From Phycisphaerales bacterium (GTDB lineage: Bacteria; Planctomycetota; Phycisphaerae; Phycisphaerales; UBA1924): DNA of 64,000 bases. Below are positions 38,664-49,205 of the stretch, in pieces (the first letter of the stretch is position 1; each line of letters opens with the position of its first letter). The stretch is taken from positions 32,840 to 96,839 of the forward strand of contig JBGAPK010000001.1 of assembly GCA_044221315.1 (NCBI GenBank). The letters are read 5' to 3'. The position numbers were made by a program, and so were the translations under genes. Under the pieces are notes generated by a model, which worked only from the letters and a program-made list of their open reading frames with translations, had not been told where the DNA came from and did not search any database.

Positions 38664-39763
38664 CTCGCCTTGGGGTAGTCGGTGTAACCAGGCTCGAATG
38701 CGGCCCCGGGAGACGGACAAAACGTCGTCGCGTCCCACGGCGCGAGCGGCAAGCTCTCGCGAAATCTGCCCGCCAGATCTGGATTGGAAATGAATGGCTT
38801 GCCGAACGTGACTGCGTCGCAATCGCCTCGGGAGAGGTATTCGTTGGCCTTGTCCTTCGTGAAGGCCGTGTTCGCGATCAGCACGCCGCGGTAGAGTGGG
38901 CGAAAGAACGAGACAGGAATGTTCGGGCCGCCGGCGGCAGAGTCGGAAGGATCGGCCTCGCGGATTTCGAGAGAAGCTACGCCGAGTTTGTCCAATTCGC
39001 GGACGACGTACGAATACGTCTCCTGCGGCGAGGACTCGGTGAAATCGCCCGACCAGCCGCTGGGGCTCAGGCGAACCCCCACCCGGTCTTTGCCCCACAC
39101 GCCGATGATCGCTTCCGCGGCTTCGAGCATGAAGCGGGCGCGGTTCTCGAGGCTGCCGCCGTAGCGGTCGGTACGTTTGTTGGACGAATCGCGGAGGAAT
39201 TCTTCCGGCAGGTACGAGTTGGCCCCGTGGAGTTGCACGCCGTCGAAGCCGGCGTCCCTGGCGCTTTGGGCGGCAGCGCGATACTGATCGATGATGCCGG
39301 GAATTTCGGAGGTTTCGAGCGCCCGCGGGACGGGATACGGAACCTTGGAGCCATCGGGAAGACGGCACAGGCCGGACCGGGCGATGGCGCTCGGGGCGAC
39401 GGGTGCCTGGCCGTTGGGTTGATACGCGCTATGCGAAACGCGCCCGACGTGCCAGAGTTGCAGGATGATCCTGCCTCCGGCTTTGTGAACGGCATCGGTC
39501 ACAAGACGCCAACCCGCGACCTGCTCCTTCGAGTGAATACCGGGTGTGTTCGGATAGCCCTGCCCTTCCGGGCAGATCTGTGTCGCCTCCGAAATGATGA
39601 GCGACGCGCCCCCGTTACCGGCGGATCGCTGCGAGTAATAGGTCGCGTTCAACGCGTGCGGCACATTCCCGGGACCGGCGCGGCAGCGCGTGAGCGGGGC
39701 CATAAGAATGCGGTGCGGGAGTTTGAGGGGGCCGATGTCGAGCGGGGTAAAGAGGTTTGGCAT
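38660..39763 (-). CDS. NADH:flavin oxidoreductase / alkene reductase (Old Yellow Enzyme family)
   Basis: LFTPLDIGPLKLPHRILMAPLTR, LQLWHVGR and GFDGVQLHGANSYL signatures. 367 aa. Confidence 0.92.
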   Translation of the reverse strand: MPNLFTPLDIGPLKLPHRILMAPLTRCRAGPGNVPHALNATYYSQRSAGNGGASLIISEATQICPEGQGYPNTPGIHSKEQVAGWRLVTDAVHKAGGRIILQLWHVGRVSHSAYQPNGQAPVAPSAIARSGLCRLPDGSKVPYPVPRALETSEIPGIIDQYRAAAQSARDAGFDGVQLHGANSYLPEEFLRDSSNKRTDRYGGSLENRARFMLEAAEAIIGVWGKDRVGVRLSPSGWSGDFTESSPQETYSYVVRELDKLGVASLEIREADPSDSAAGGPNIPVSFFRPLYRGVLIANTAFTKDKANEYLSRGDCDAVTFGKPFISNPDLAGRFRESLPLAPWDATTFCPSPGAAFEPGYTDYPKAS

Positions 39764-39766
39764 GGA

Positions 39767-40360
39767 TTAAGTGAGGACGCGTTCGGGAGCAACGGGTTTC
39801 GGAACTCTTTTCTCGACGATCCTGCCGCACTCGGGGCAAGCGATCAGGCCTGCGGTTTCGTAGCCGCATTCCGGGCACGCGGACGGCGAGGGTTTGAATC
39901 CCACAATGCGGACCGGACGGACCGCAAAGCATGTTGCGGTCGCGATCGCACCGGAGATGATGCAGGCGACCGTGACGATCGGGGAAAGCCTTGCGACGAA
40001 GAACCCAAGGCTCCACGCCGACGGGAGCGGGCTCATCTCGATTGCCCGCTCGGCCGTGTAAAGAAAGATGGCAAGCGGCACTCCGATCCAGACAAAGCGG
40101 ACGCGTGGATACGTCCATGCGGTCGCCACAAACGTGGCAGGAATGAGCAGGTTGACAAGGAATGTGGTCGGCAGGCCGGGGTGCATGCCGTAGCGAATCG
40201 CGACCGCCCGGGCCGGAGTCATGAGCAAGGCCGGCAACAACCCCGCCAGGGCGTAGCCCGTGAGCGACCAGGGCCAGCGGCTTGGCGAGACGTATCGCAC
40301 GAGATCAGAGTACGGCCTCACGGCGTGACGGTTCGCCCAGCGATTCCTACACTCCCCCAT
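39767..40360 (-). CDS. polytopic membrane protein with C-terminal zinc-ribbon (CPECGY...CPECG)
   Basis: 4-5 hydrophobic helices, then SACPECGYETAGLIACPECGR. Its stop is 3 nt upstream of the OYE start codon, so the two are a likely operon. Confidence 0.55.
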   Translation of the reverse strand: MGECRNRWANRHAVRPYSDLVRYVSPSRWPWSLTGYALAGLLPALLMTPARAVAIRYGMHPGLPTTFLVNLLIPATFVATAWTYPRVRFVWIGVPLAIFLYTAERAIEMSPLPSAWSLGFFVARLSPIVTVACIISGAIATATCFAVRPVRIVGFKPSPSACPECGYETAGLIACPECGRIVEKRVPKPVAPERVLT

Positions 40361-40445
40361 GCTCGCCGCCCAGCCACGATTTCAGCCCGGTCAACGCCTC
40401 CGCGTTACGCAGCAGATCCCGCGCCAGCAATTCGGCGGCGGGACG

Positions 40446-40619
40446 ATGTCCACCACGATCGAGGGCGAACTGATCCGGTATTACCAGAGCAAGACGGGCT
40501 CGTGGTTCGCGCATTCCAAGGACGACAAGCTCTGGCTCGAACGCCTCGAAATCCGGAAGGACAGCGGCGAAATCGTGACGATCAATCTCGACCAGTACTC
40601 GCATGTGGACGTGGTCTAG
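40446..40619 (+). CDS. possible small hypothetical protein (57 aa)
   Basis: MSTTIEGELIRYYQSKTGSWFAHSKDDKLWLERLEIRKDSGEIVTINLDQYSHVDVV has a balanced, protein-like composition that is unusual for a shadow ORF. No family recognised. Confidence 0.3.
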   Translation: MSTTIEGELIRYYQSKTGSWFAHSKDDKLWLERLEIRKDSGEIVTINLDQYSHVDVV

Positions 40620-41746
40620 GTAATCGTCCAGCGCACGACCGCGAGCGACAGCAGACTGATGTAGATCCAGAGGACGACCGCGAGCGCCAGCGGGCGGACG
40701 CCCACACTCGCGAGCGCCTTGCGGCTGAGGCCCAGACCCACGAGGAAGAGGGCGACGCACATGCCGCGACGGGCCACGACCGAAATGTCGGGCGCGAGAG
40801 CGGCGAGTTGCGGCAAATACGTCGTTGCGACGCTGGCGAGCACGAACGCCGCGATGAACCATGGGATGGGCAGGCGCGAATGGCTGGCCTTTCCTTCGAG
40901 CGAAGAACGGAAAAACCACGCGGCGATCAGCGCGATCGGGATGATCCAGATCGTGCGCGAGAGTTTCACGGCGGTGGCGATGTGCAGGGCGTCCTCGCCG
41001 TATTGGCTTGCCGCCCCCACCACGCTCGAGACATCATGGATCGCAACGGCGCTCCAGTAACCAAACTGCTGCTGCGAGAGCCCGAGCCAGTGACCGAGCG
41101 GCGGAAAAATCCAAAGGCCGACGGCGTTCAAGATGAAAACCACCCCGATCGCCACAGACATGTGCGTGCTGCTGGCCCGGATGGTGGAACCGACCGCGGC
41201 AATGGCCGATCCGCCGCAGATCGCAGTGCCGGAGGAAATAAGCGTCGCCAGGCGCTGATCGACGCGCATCCAGAGGGCGAGGATAGTGCCAAGGGCGAAG
41301 GTGGCGACAATCGTGCCGAGCGCAAAGCCGGTGCCGGTGAAGCCGGCGCGTGCGAGTTCGTGCAGGTTCATCGTCGCCCCAAGAAGGACGACACAGATCT
41401 GAATGAGCGACCGGGAAGCCTTCTTGACAAGATCGCCTCCGGGGGAGAGGCCGAGCAGGGCGATGATGACCCCCAGCGCCAGGGAGTACTCGGGGCGCAT
41501 GAAAGGAGTCGCGCAGAACACCGCGCCACCCATGGCGATGAGCCAACGGACGAGCGGGGGAACCCCGAAGGATGGAGGTGCGGACTCGGTGATGGGGACG
41601 ATGGTACACGGCGAGCAGCCCTCGCATGGCCGTGCGGCCCGAGTGTCCCGACCCGCTCCTTCAAGGAGGACGTTCGCCCAGCACGACCAACAATCCCCGA
41701 ATGAACACGGTTCACCCTCATGCAGGCTCCCGATCGCTCCCACCAC
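40616..41746 (-). CDS. YeiH/UPF0324-family putative transporter
   Basis: About 10 TM helices with ISSGTAICGGSAIAA and AVAIHDVSSVVGAA blocks. The start is uncertain. The first predicted TM helix (PPLVRWLIAMGGAVFCA) lies upstream of Met-104. The only canonical starts upstream of it are GTG 41746/41743 or ATG 41842. Confidence 0.75.
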   Translation of the reverse strand: MVGAIGSLHEGEPCSFGDCWSCWANVLLEGAGRDTRAARPCEGCSPCTIVPITESAPPSFGVPPLVRWLIAMGGAVFCATPFMRPEYSLALGVIIALLGLSPGGDLVKKASRSLIQICVVLLGATMNLHELARAGFTGTGFALGTIVATFALGTILALWMRVDQRLATLISSGTAICGGSAIAAVGSTIRASSTHMSVAIGVVFILNAVGLWIFPPLGHWLGLSQQQFGYWSAVAIHDVSSVVGAASQYGEDALHIATAVKLSRTIWIIPIALIAAWFFRSSLEGKASHSRLPIPWFIAAFVLASVATTYLPQLAALAPDISVVARRGMCVALFLVGLGLSRKALASVGVRPLALAVVLWIYISLLSLAVVRWTIT

Positions 41747-42975
41747 GCTCCGCCCACGCGTCGCACTGGATGCACGACCCGAACATCGTGTTCCTGAATC
41801 ACGGCTCCTTCGGAGGATGCCCGCGTGAAGTTCTGCAGGCACAGGACGAAATTCGTGCGCGGATGGAGGCCGAGCCGGTACGGTTCTTCGTTGAGGAATT
41901 GCCCGGATTGATGGACGCGGCGCGGGACGAACTGTCGGGGTTCATCGACTGCGACTGGGACGACCTCGCATTCATGCCCAACGCCACAACCGGAGTCGCC
42001 GTGGCGCTCGAGAACGTGGGACTCAAACCGGGCGACGAGATTCTGGTAAACGACCACGAATACCCGGCCTGCCTGAACAACACCCGACGGATCGCGGCAA
42101 AAACGGGCGCCAAGGTTGTAAAAGCGATCTTGCCCTGGCCCTTGCCCTTGGAGAACGCCGAGCAGGCCGTGATTGATGCGATTCTCAAACATGTGACGAC
42201 GCGCACGCGGGTCGCTCTGATCAGCCACGTCACAAGCCCCAGTGCGCTCGTCATGCCCGTGCAGCAACTCGTTCAAGAGTTGAAAACAAGGTACGTGCTC
42301 ACGCTCGTGGACGGAGCCCACGCGCCGGGAATGGTCGAGGGCCTCTCGATCCGCAAACTCGATCCGGACTTCTACACGGCGAACTGCCACAAATGGGTCT
42401 GCTCCCCGAAGGGGTCGGCCTTTCTCTATGTGAAGAAGGAACTACAGGATGGATTTCGACCCCTGGTCCTGAGCAACAACGCGGAATTGCCAAAGGAGGG
42501 GCGGTCGCAGTTCTTGACCGAATTTGACTACATCGGGACCAGCGACTACTCGGCGATGTTGGCCATCCCGGCGGCACTTCGGCTGATGGATGGGCTGATC
42601 CCGGGGGGTTTTCCAGCGGTGGTTCGGGCGAACCGCGGGCTGACGCTGAAGTCGCGCCGATTGCTGTGCGAGGGAATCGGCGGAAGTTCCGCCGAACCCC
42701 CGGCGCCGGAGAGCATGATCGGTTCGATCGCCGCGATTTTCCTCCCGGCGCGGGGTGACGGGGCACCGACTTCGACCAGACCCCCGACCAGTAGATATGG
42801 TGATCCTCTGCAGGAACGCCTCATCGACAAGTGGCGAATCCAGGTCCCCGTTTGGGGTGTTCCGGGAACGCCGCAACGGGTGCTTCGGATCAGTGCGCAG
42901 ATGTACAACTCGATGGAGCAGTACGAGTATCTGCTCGAAGCCGTGAAGGCAGAATTGTCTCTCGAAAGGAAGTGA
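41701..42975 (+). CDS. class V aminotransferase (isopenicillin-N epimerase / cysteine desulfurase-like)
   Basis: IVFLNHGSFGGCP start region. SHVTSPSALVMPV. The PLP-Lys motif region is NCHKW. The alternative start is ATG 41770. Confidence 0.8.
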   Translation: MNTVHPHAGSRSLPPRSAHASHWMHDPNIVFLNHGSFGGCPREVLQAQDEIRARMEAEPVRFFVEELPGLMDAARDELSGFIDCDWDDLAFMPNATTGVAVALENVGLKPGDEILVNDHEYPACLNNTRRIAAKTGAKVVKAILPWPLPLENAEQAVIDAILKHVTTRTRVALISHVTSPSALVMPVQQLVQELKTRYVLTLVDGAHAPGMVEGLSIRKLDPDFYTANCHKWVCSPKGSAFLYVKKELQDGFRPLVLSNNAELPKEGRSQFLTEFDYIGTSDYSAMLAIPAALRLMDGLIPGGFPAVVRANRGLTLKSRRLLCEGIGGSSAEPPAPESMIGSIAAIFLPARGDGAPTSTRPPTSRYGDPLQERLIDKWRIQVPVWGVPGTPQRVLRISAQMYNSMEQYEYLLEAVKAELSLERK

Positions 42976-43181
42976 TAGCCGCTTTCTGGAAATGCCGGGG
43001 AACATTCTGCGAGGGCCGCGTGTGATCGTGCTGTAAGATGAAGGCAGAGTGCTGCGGCCGGACTCCATCAACGGATGACCGCGACAGGAGCGAGATTGAT
43101 GAGAATGGCTTTGTTGACCGACGCGCGGGCGATCGAGCGTTTGCGCACACGTCTGCGCGTGAAGGAGGTTTGATAGTCGCG

Positions 43182-45551
43182 ATGAGACCCCTCGCCGGCC
43201 ATCTTTTCGCGGCTCTTTCTCTCGGAGCCGTTGTGGTCGCGGGACTGGTGTCTGGACCCGGACTTGAAAACTCCTCGGGGCCACTGGAAGTCGTCGGGGA
43301 TGAACTGGCGGCGGACCTTGATCGTCGGCTTGTTCAGGATGTGTCTCCCCTGCTCGCGACCTATTGCCTGGAATGCCACAGCGGCGACGAGGCCCGGGGC
43401 GACATGCGGCTGGATCGTCTGAAAAGTGTGCATGAGATAGTGACCGGCGGCATCGACACGCGGCTGATCCGGGAGATGGTCGTCTCGGCGGACATGCCTC
43501 CCGAAGACAAGCCCCAGCCGACCGATCACGAACGGCTCATTCTGACGCAGTGGCTGGACTCGGTGGTTACGTATGTGCCGCTCGATGCACCGATCGATCC
43601 GGGCTGGTTCACGATTCACCGGCTGAACAGGGTCGAGTACCGCAACACGCTGCGGGATCTGCTGGGGATTGATCCCAAAGTGACGGACGTCGCGGCCGGG
43701 CTCCCGAGAGATGACACCGGATACGGATTCGACAACATCGCCGATGTGCTGTCCACGTCGCCGCTGGCGATTGAGAAGTATCTGGACGCGGCCGAACGCG
43801 CAATGAGTTTGGCACTCGGGCCGGTCGTGACGTTTGGCGATCATCCGCGCGTGCTCCGTCCGCTTGAAGGCCCGAGCGGCAAGCCTCTGCAGCGGGGTGG
43901 CTGGTTTCTGTTTTCGAACGGGCCGGCGGTTGCGAAGTTCGAGGCGCCGGCGACGGGCGAGTACATCGTGCGCGTACGGGCGTGGGAAACGAAGGGCGGG
44001 GAGGAGCACGCCAGGCTCAGGCTTCGGGTTGGTGACCGGGCAATCGCGGATCTATCCGTCGCCGGGACGAGCGACGAGCCGCAGGACTTTGAGGTTCGGG
44101 CACGGCTTTTCGCAGGCAGCCAGTCCATCGCGGCCCACTTTGTCAATGACTACTACGTCAAGGACGTCGCGGATCGCAATCTGGGCGTTGAGTCGATCAG
44201 CGTGGCGGGGCCTTTGGAAGAAGGCACGACCGAGCGCCCGGCCGCGTGGTCGCGGGTCTTCGCTCCGGGCCTCGGAATTGCGGACGAGGATGACCGCGCT
44301 CGGGCTGTTCTTCAGTCCTTTGCAACCTCGGCGTACCGGCGTCCGGCCGAGTCGGCTCAGATTGAATCCCTCATGAAGGTGTACCGGTCGCAGCGAAAAG
44401 CCGGGGCCCCTTTCGAGCCTGCGATGCGCGGAGCGCTCGCGGCGGCACTGGTCTCGCCGAATTTCCTGTTTCGGTCGGTCGCGAATCCGGGGGCCGCGGA
44501 TCCGTCCTATCGGTACACGCTGGATGGATACGAACTGGCGAGCCGCCTGTCGTACTTTCTCTGGAGCAGCATGCCGGACCAGGCGCTGATGGCAACGGCG
44601 GCGGACGGCTCGCTTCTGAAGGATGATGTACTCGCCGGCCAGACACGGCGGATGCTGAATGATCCGCGTTCGGTCGCATTCGTCGAGAATTTCTCCGGCC
44701 AGTGGCTGCAACTGCGAGCGCTCGGCTCGGTCGCGATCGACAGGGCACGGTTTCCTGAATACGACGAACAGCTCCGCGCCGCGATGGCGACCGAGGCAAC
44801 GCTGTTTTTCGGAGATGTGCTCCGGTCGGATCGCAGCGTGCTGGAGTTCATCGATTGCCGCGAGACATTCCTGAACGGCCGACTCGCGAAGTTTTACGGA
44901 GTGCCCGGAGTCGAGGGCGACGAGTTTCGCCGAGTAACTCTACCGGCGGATTCGCCGCGCGGCGGTGTCCTGACGATGGGGGCGGTTCTTACGCTGACGA
45001 GCAATACAACTCGGACAAGCCCGGTGAAGCGCGGGCTGTTTGTGCTGGATCAGATCCTCGGTGCTCCCCCGCCGCCTCCGCCCGCCGATGTTCCTCCGCT
45101 GGAACAGGCTGGGATGACCGATCCGAACGCGACGGTCCGCGAGCGCCTCGCGATCCATGTTGCCAATGCGAGCTGTGCCGCATGCCACAACCGGCTTGAT
45201 CCGCTCGGGCTTGCATTCGAACACTTTGATGCCATCGGCCATTGGCGCGACACCGAGAACGGGAAGCCGATCGATTCGAGCGGCACGCTGCCCGGCGGCA
45301 TGGCGTTGAACGGCTCGGCTGATTTGAAGCGTGTGTTGCTCGACAGGAGCGACCAGTTCATCGAGGCGCTGTGCGCGAAGGTGTTGACTTACGCGCTCGG
45401 ACGCGGCATGGAACCATTCGATCGGCCCGCGGTTCGCCAGATTGCGCAGCGCACGCGTTCGCAGGGCGATCGACTGACCGCGCTGATCGAGTCGGTCGTG
45501 CTCGGCGAGTCGTTCCGGACCTGCCGCGGAAGGGAGCCGAGTCATGACTAG
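43182..45551 (+). CDS. DUF1592/DUF1588/DUF1585-type protein with N-terminal cytochrome-c-like CxxCH head
   Basis: CLECHSGDEARGDMRLD heme-binding-like motif. Large conserved body (NFSGQWLQLR, SPVKRG.FVLDQILG, CAACHNRLDPLG). Translationally coupled to a DUF1552-like gene. Confidence 0.88.
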   Translation: MRPLAGHLFAALSLGAVVVAGLVSGPGLENSSGPLEVVGDELAADLDRRLVQDVSPLLATYCLECHSGDEARGDMRLDRLKSVHEIVTGGIDTRLIREMVVSADMPPEDKPQPTDHERLILTQWLDSVVTYVPLDAPIDPGWFTIHRLNRVEYRNTLRDLLGIDPKVTDVAAGLPRDDTGYGFDNIADVLSTSPLAIEKYLDAAERAMSLALGPVVTFGDHPRVLRPLEGPSGKPLQRGGWFLFSNGPAVAKFEAPATGEYIVRVRAWETKGGEEHARLRLRVGDRAIADLSVAGTSDEPQDFEVRARLFAGSQSIAAHFVNDYYVKDVADRNLGVESISVAGPLEEGTTERPAAWSRVFAPGLGIADEDDRARAVLQSFATSAYRRPAESAQIESLMKVYRSQRKAGAPFEPAMRGALAAALVSPNFLFRSVANPGAADPSYRYTLDGYELASRLSYFLWSSMPDQALMATAADGSLLKDDVLAGQTRRMLNDPRSVAFVENFSGQWLQLRALGSVAIDRARFPEYDEQLRAAMATEATLFFGDVLRSDRSVLEFIDCRETFLNGRLAKFYGVPGVEGDEFRRVTLPADSPRGGVLTMGAVLTLTSNTTRTSPVKRGLFVLDQILGAPPPPPPADVPPLEQAGMTDPNATVRERLAIHVANASCAACHNRLDPLGLAFEHFDAIGHWRDTENGKPIDSSGTLPGGMALNGSADLKRVLLDRSDQFIEALCAKVLTYALGRGMEPFDRPAVRQIAQRTRSQGDRLTALIESVVLGESFRTCRGREPSHD

Positions 45552-46890
45552 CCAAATCTCGCGTCGCCGTGTGCTCCGGGGGCTGGGGGTATCGATCGCG
45601 CTGCCCTGGCTGGAGAGCGTTGGTCTGCCGGTCGGTCGGTCACTCGCGGCGGGCCTCGCGCCAACCGGCCAATCCACGCCGCCGGTTCGGCTTGCCTTCG
45701 TGTTCATGCCGAACGGCGTGAATTACGACGCCTGGGAGCCCAAGGGCGAGGGGACTGATTTCCAACTCTCGCCAACACTCGAAGCGCTTTCGCCCGTCCG
45801 CCAGCACCTGAACATCTTTACCGGCCTGACTCTCAAGAAAGCCCGCCCCAACGGCGACGGACCCGGCGATCACGCCCGCTCGTCGGCCTCTTTCCTCACC
45901 GGGCGCCAGGCACGCAAGACCGCCGGCAACGACATCCAGAACGGCATCAGCATCGATCAGGTAGCGGCGGCAGAGATCGGGCAACGCACGCGGCTTCCAT
46001 CGCTCGAACTCGGATGCGAGCACGGACCGGCCGCGGGCAACTGCGATTCGGGCTATTCGTGCGCCTACTCGTCCAACATTTCCTGGCGCGATGAAACGAC
46101 GCCGATGGCGAAGGTGATCGATCCGGCGGCGGCGTTCGAACGTCTCTTCGGTGACGCGACCGAGGCAGCCGCGGCAAAGGAACGGCTGAGCCGACGCCAG
46201 AGCATTCTCGACTTTGTGCTCGAGGATTCTCGCTCGCTGGAGGCCCGGCTCGGAAATGCCGACCGGCGGAAGCTCGACCAGTTCCAGACCGCCGTGCGCG
46301 AGATCGAACGCCGGATCGAACGGGCGGCCAAGGAGTCCGAGCCGCGCAAGATCCCCGACGTGCCAGCGCCGGCCGGAATCCCCGAAAAGACCAGCGAGCA
46401 CATGGACCTGATGTACGACATGCTGCTGCTGGCGTTCCAGACGGACACGACGCGGGTGGGCACGCTGATGCTGGCGGTCGACGGCAGCAACCGGACTTTT
46501 CCGGAGATTGGCATCAAGGAAGGCCACCACCATCTCTCGCACCACCAGAACAACCAGGAGATGATCGAGAAGATCCGCCGGATCGATCGCTTCCAGGTGG
46601 AGCGGTTTGCCCGCTTCGTGCGCAGGCTCGCTGAAACGGCCGAGGGCGAGGGCACTCTGCTGGACAATTCGCTCATCCTGCTCGGAGGGGGCATCAGCGA
46701 CGGCAACAAGCACAACCACGAGAACCTGCCGATTCTGGTCGCCGGGCGCGGCGGCAACTCGGTCAAGACAGGCCGGCTCGTGCGCAGCCCGAACGAAACG
46801 CCGCTGTGCAATCTCTACCTGTCGATGCTCGAACGGGCGGGATGCCCGCAGGCGAGTTTTTCCGACAGCACGGGCCCGCTGCCGTTGTAG
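45544..46890 (+). CDS. DUF1552 family protein (Tat signal)
   Basis: SRRRVLRGLGVSIALPWLES is a twin-arginine-like leader. ATG 45544 overlaps the upstream stop by 8 nt. The HHHLSHH and HENLPILVAG motifs are present. Confidence 0.9.
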   Translation: MTSQISRRRVLRGLGVSIALPWLESVGLPVGRSLAAGLAPTGQSTPPVRLAFVFMPNGVNYDAWEPKGEGTDFQLSPTLEALSPVRQHLNIFTGLTLKKARPNGDGPGDHARSSASFLTGRQARKTAGNDIQNGISIDQVAAAEIGQRTRLPSLELGCEHGPAAGNCDSGYSCAYSSNISWRDETTPMAKVIDPAAAFERLFGDATEAAAAKERLSRRQSILDFVLEDSRSLEARLGNADRRKLDQFQTAVREIERRIERAAKESEPRKIPDVPAPAGIPEKTSEHMDLMYDMLLLAFQTDTTRVGTLMLAVDGSNRTFPEIGIKEGHHHLSHHQNNQEMIEKIRRIDRFQVERFARFVRRLAETAEGEGTLLDNSLILLGGGISDGNKHNHENLPILVAGRGGNSVKTGRLVRSPNETPLCNLYLSMLERAGCPQASFSDSTGPLPL

Positions 46891-46988
46891 CCGGGCGTGG
46901 AACGCTTCGCGCGCGAGGGGGCAATCGGGGGTGGTGCCGAGCGGAGAGCGGATACGCTGCACTCGTGGCTCGCGCTGAAACAACGAGG

Positions 46989-49052
46989 ATGCCGGAGGAC
47001 GGGACAGGCCTGATCGATATCGATCCGTGGCTGGAACCGTTCCGGACCGCTCTCAAAGACCGGCAAGCCAAGTATCGCGCGACGAAGTCAACACTGACGG
47101 CCGGGGCAGCCTCGCTGAAGTCGTTCGCGAACGGCCACGTGTACTTCGGATTCACACGCGGCGAGCGTAATGGCGAAAAGGGGGTGTGGTACCGGGAATG
47201 GGCCCCGGGCGCGCAGCGGCTTTCGCTCGTCGGGGATTTCAACGGCTGGGATCGGAACGCGACCCCGCTCGCTCGCGACGAGTTCGGCGCCTGGAGCACC
47301 TTTCTGCCGGATCGTGAATTCGCTTCGCGCCTGAAGCATGACGGGGCGGTCAAGGTGCACGTCGTCACCTCGCTGGGCGCGAGCGATCGGCTTCCGGCGT
47401 ACATCCAGCGCGTGACGTTCGAAGCCGACGGGAGCAACGCGACGGGGCGGGTCTGGCTGGCGCCGGAGTTCCGGTGGAAGCACCCGGCGCCGGCACTCAA
47501 GGGCGGGGCGAGCGCGAAGAAGGCTGCTCCCCGCATCTACGAAGCGCACACCGGCATGGCGCTCGAGGCCGAGAGGGTTGGGACGTTCGACGAATTCCGC
47601 GAATTGATCCTGCCGCGGATCGCGAAGGCCGGATACAACGCGGTGCAATTGATGGCCGTGCAGGAACATCCTTACTACGGCTCGTTCGGATATCACGTCA
47701 GCAATTTCTTTGCGGTCTCGTCGCGGTTCGGCACGCCGGACGACTTCAAGAGACTTGTGGATGCGGCGCACGGCATGGGCCTGGGCGTGTACCTCGATCT
47801 CGTGCACAGCCACGCCGTCAAGAACACCGTCGAAGGGCTGAACCTGTTCGACGGAACCGACCACCAGTACTTCCACGCGGGTCCGAAGGGCAAGCACCCG
47901 GCGTGGGATTCGATGCTGTTCGACTACAGCAAGTGGGAAGTGCTGCGGTTCCTGCTCAGCAACGTACGGTTCTGGCTGGAGGAATACAAGATCGACGGAT
48001 TCCGCTTCGACGGCGTGACGAGCATGCTCTACCTCGATCACGGGCTGGGCAAGGCGTTTTCATCGTACGACGATTACTTTGGAAGCAATGTTGACGAAGA
48101 CGCCGTGACCTACCTGAAGCTTGCGAACGAGCTCGCGCACGAGATCAAGCCCGACGTCGTGACCGTTGCCGAGGACGTCTCGGGAATGGCGGGAATGGCA
48201 CGCCCCGTGACTGAGGGCGGCATCGGCTTCGATTTCCGCCTTGCGATGGGCATCCCCGACTACTGGATCAAGATTCTCAAGGAGCGGCGCGACGAGGACT
48301 GGGAGATGGGCGCACTCTTCCACACGCTGACCAATCGGCGCTCGCGCGAGAACCACATCGCGTACGCGGAGAGCCACGACCAGGCCCTCGTTGGCGACAA
48401 GACTCTGGCGTTCCGGCTGATGGATGCCGCGATGTACACGCACATGAGCAAGGCGACCCCCAGCCTGATCATCGACCGCGGCATCGCCCTGCACAAGCTC
48501 ATCCGCCTGCTCACCTTCTTCCTCGGCGGCGAGGGCTGGCTGAGTTTCATGGGCAACGAATTCGGGCATCCGGAATGGGTTGATTTTCCGCGGGAGGGAA
48601 ACGGGTTCTCGTACAAATATGCGCGGAGGCAATGGTCGCTTGCGGACAACCCGCTGCTGCGGTACGAACAGCTTGGTGCGTTCGATCGGGCGCTCATGGA
48701 TCTGGACGATCGATTCGGGATTCTCGCCGCACCGCCGGCCCGCGGCATGCAGATGGACGAGCTGGGCAAGTGTCTCGTCTTTGAACGCGCCGGGCTGGTT
48801 GTCGCGGCGAATCTGAATACCGCGCATTCGAGGACGGATTGGAGGGTGGGCGTGCCGCCGGTGGGACCGGTGGGGACGCTGTTCGCGACCATCCTCGATA
48901 CCGATGAAGCCAGATTCGGTGGGCACGCGCTTGTGAAGAGAGATTCCTGTTACCCGAGTCAGAAGGTGTCGTGGGACGGTCTCGAGCGGAGCGTGCAGGT
49001 GTATGTGCCGGCGCGGTCGGCGCAGGTGATCGCCGCCGCGGCTCGGGGGTAA
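46989..49052 (+). CDS. glgB: 1,4-alpha-glucan branching enzyme (GH13, eukaryote-like subfamily)
   Basis: ATG 46989. The blocks YGSFGYHVSNFFAVSSRFGTPDDFK, DLVHSHA, GFRFDGVTSM and ESHDQALVGDK are present. Confidence 0.9.
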   Translation: MPEDGTGLIDIDPWLEPFRTALKDRQAKYRATKSTLTAGAASLKSFANGHVYFGFTRGERNGEKGVWYREWAPGAQRLSLVGDFNGWDRNATPLARDEFGAWSTFLPDREFASRLKHDGAVKVHVVTSLGASDRLPAYIQRVTFEADGSNATGRVWLAPEFRWKHPAPALKGGASAKKAAPRIYEAHTGMALEAERVGTFDEFRELILPRIAKAGYNAVQLMAVQEHPYYGSFGYHVSNFFAVSSRFGTPDDFKRLVDAAHGMGLGVYLDLVHSHAVKNTVEGLNLFDGTDHQYFHAGPKGKHPAWDSMLFDYSKWEVLRFLLSNVRFWLEEYKIDGFRFDGVTSMLYLDHGLGKAFSSYDDYFGSNVDEDAVTYLKLANELAHEIKPDVVTVAEDVSGMAGMARPVTEGGIGFDFRLAMGIPDYWIKILKERRDEDWEMGALFHTLTNRRSRENHIAYAESHDQALVGDKTLAFRLMDAAMYTHMSKATPSLIIDRGIALHKLIRLLTFFLGGEGWLSFMGNEFGHPEWVDFPREGNGFSYKYARRQWSLADNPLLRYEQLGAFDRALMDLDDRFGILAAPPARGMQMDELGKCLVFERAGLVVAANLNTAHSRTDWRVGVPPVGPVGTLFATILDTDEARFGGHALVKRDSCYPSQKVSWDGLERSVQVYVPARSAQVIAAAARG

Positions 49053-49181
49053 TACCGACGACGCGATCTTTCGGATGGATTCGCGCGCGCCAGTCTTCGC
49101 TTGACACCCCGAACCCTCGACACCTCGACGCCCTGCCGCGCCATCGCCACGAACTATTTCCGCGGCGCCGTGCCCTCCACC

Positions 49182-49187
49182 TACAAT
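49182..49187 (+). promoter_or_regulatory. candidate -10 box for ssrA
   Basis: TACAAT lies 18 nt upstream of the mature tmRNA 5' end. No convincing -35 was found. Confidence 0.3.
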
Positions 49188-49205
49188 CAGGCTCTTTGAA
49201 AAGTT

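Noticed and set aside
38048-41704. 1218-aa ORF on the + strand, the longest in the track
   Set aside because: Its composition is extreme Arg/Gly/Asp/Pro with no motifs. It runs antisense across three well-supported minus-strand genes (the OYE reductase, the zinc-ribbon membrane protein and the YeiH-like transporter). This is a typical high-GC shadow ORF.
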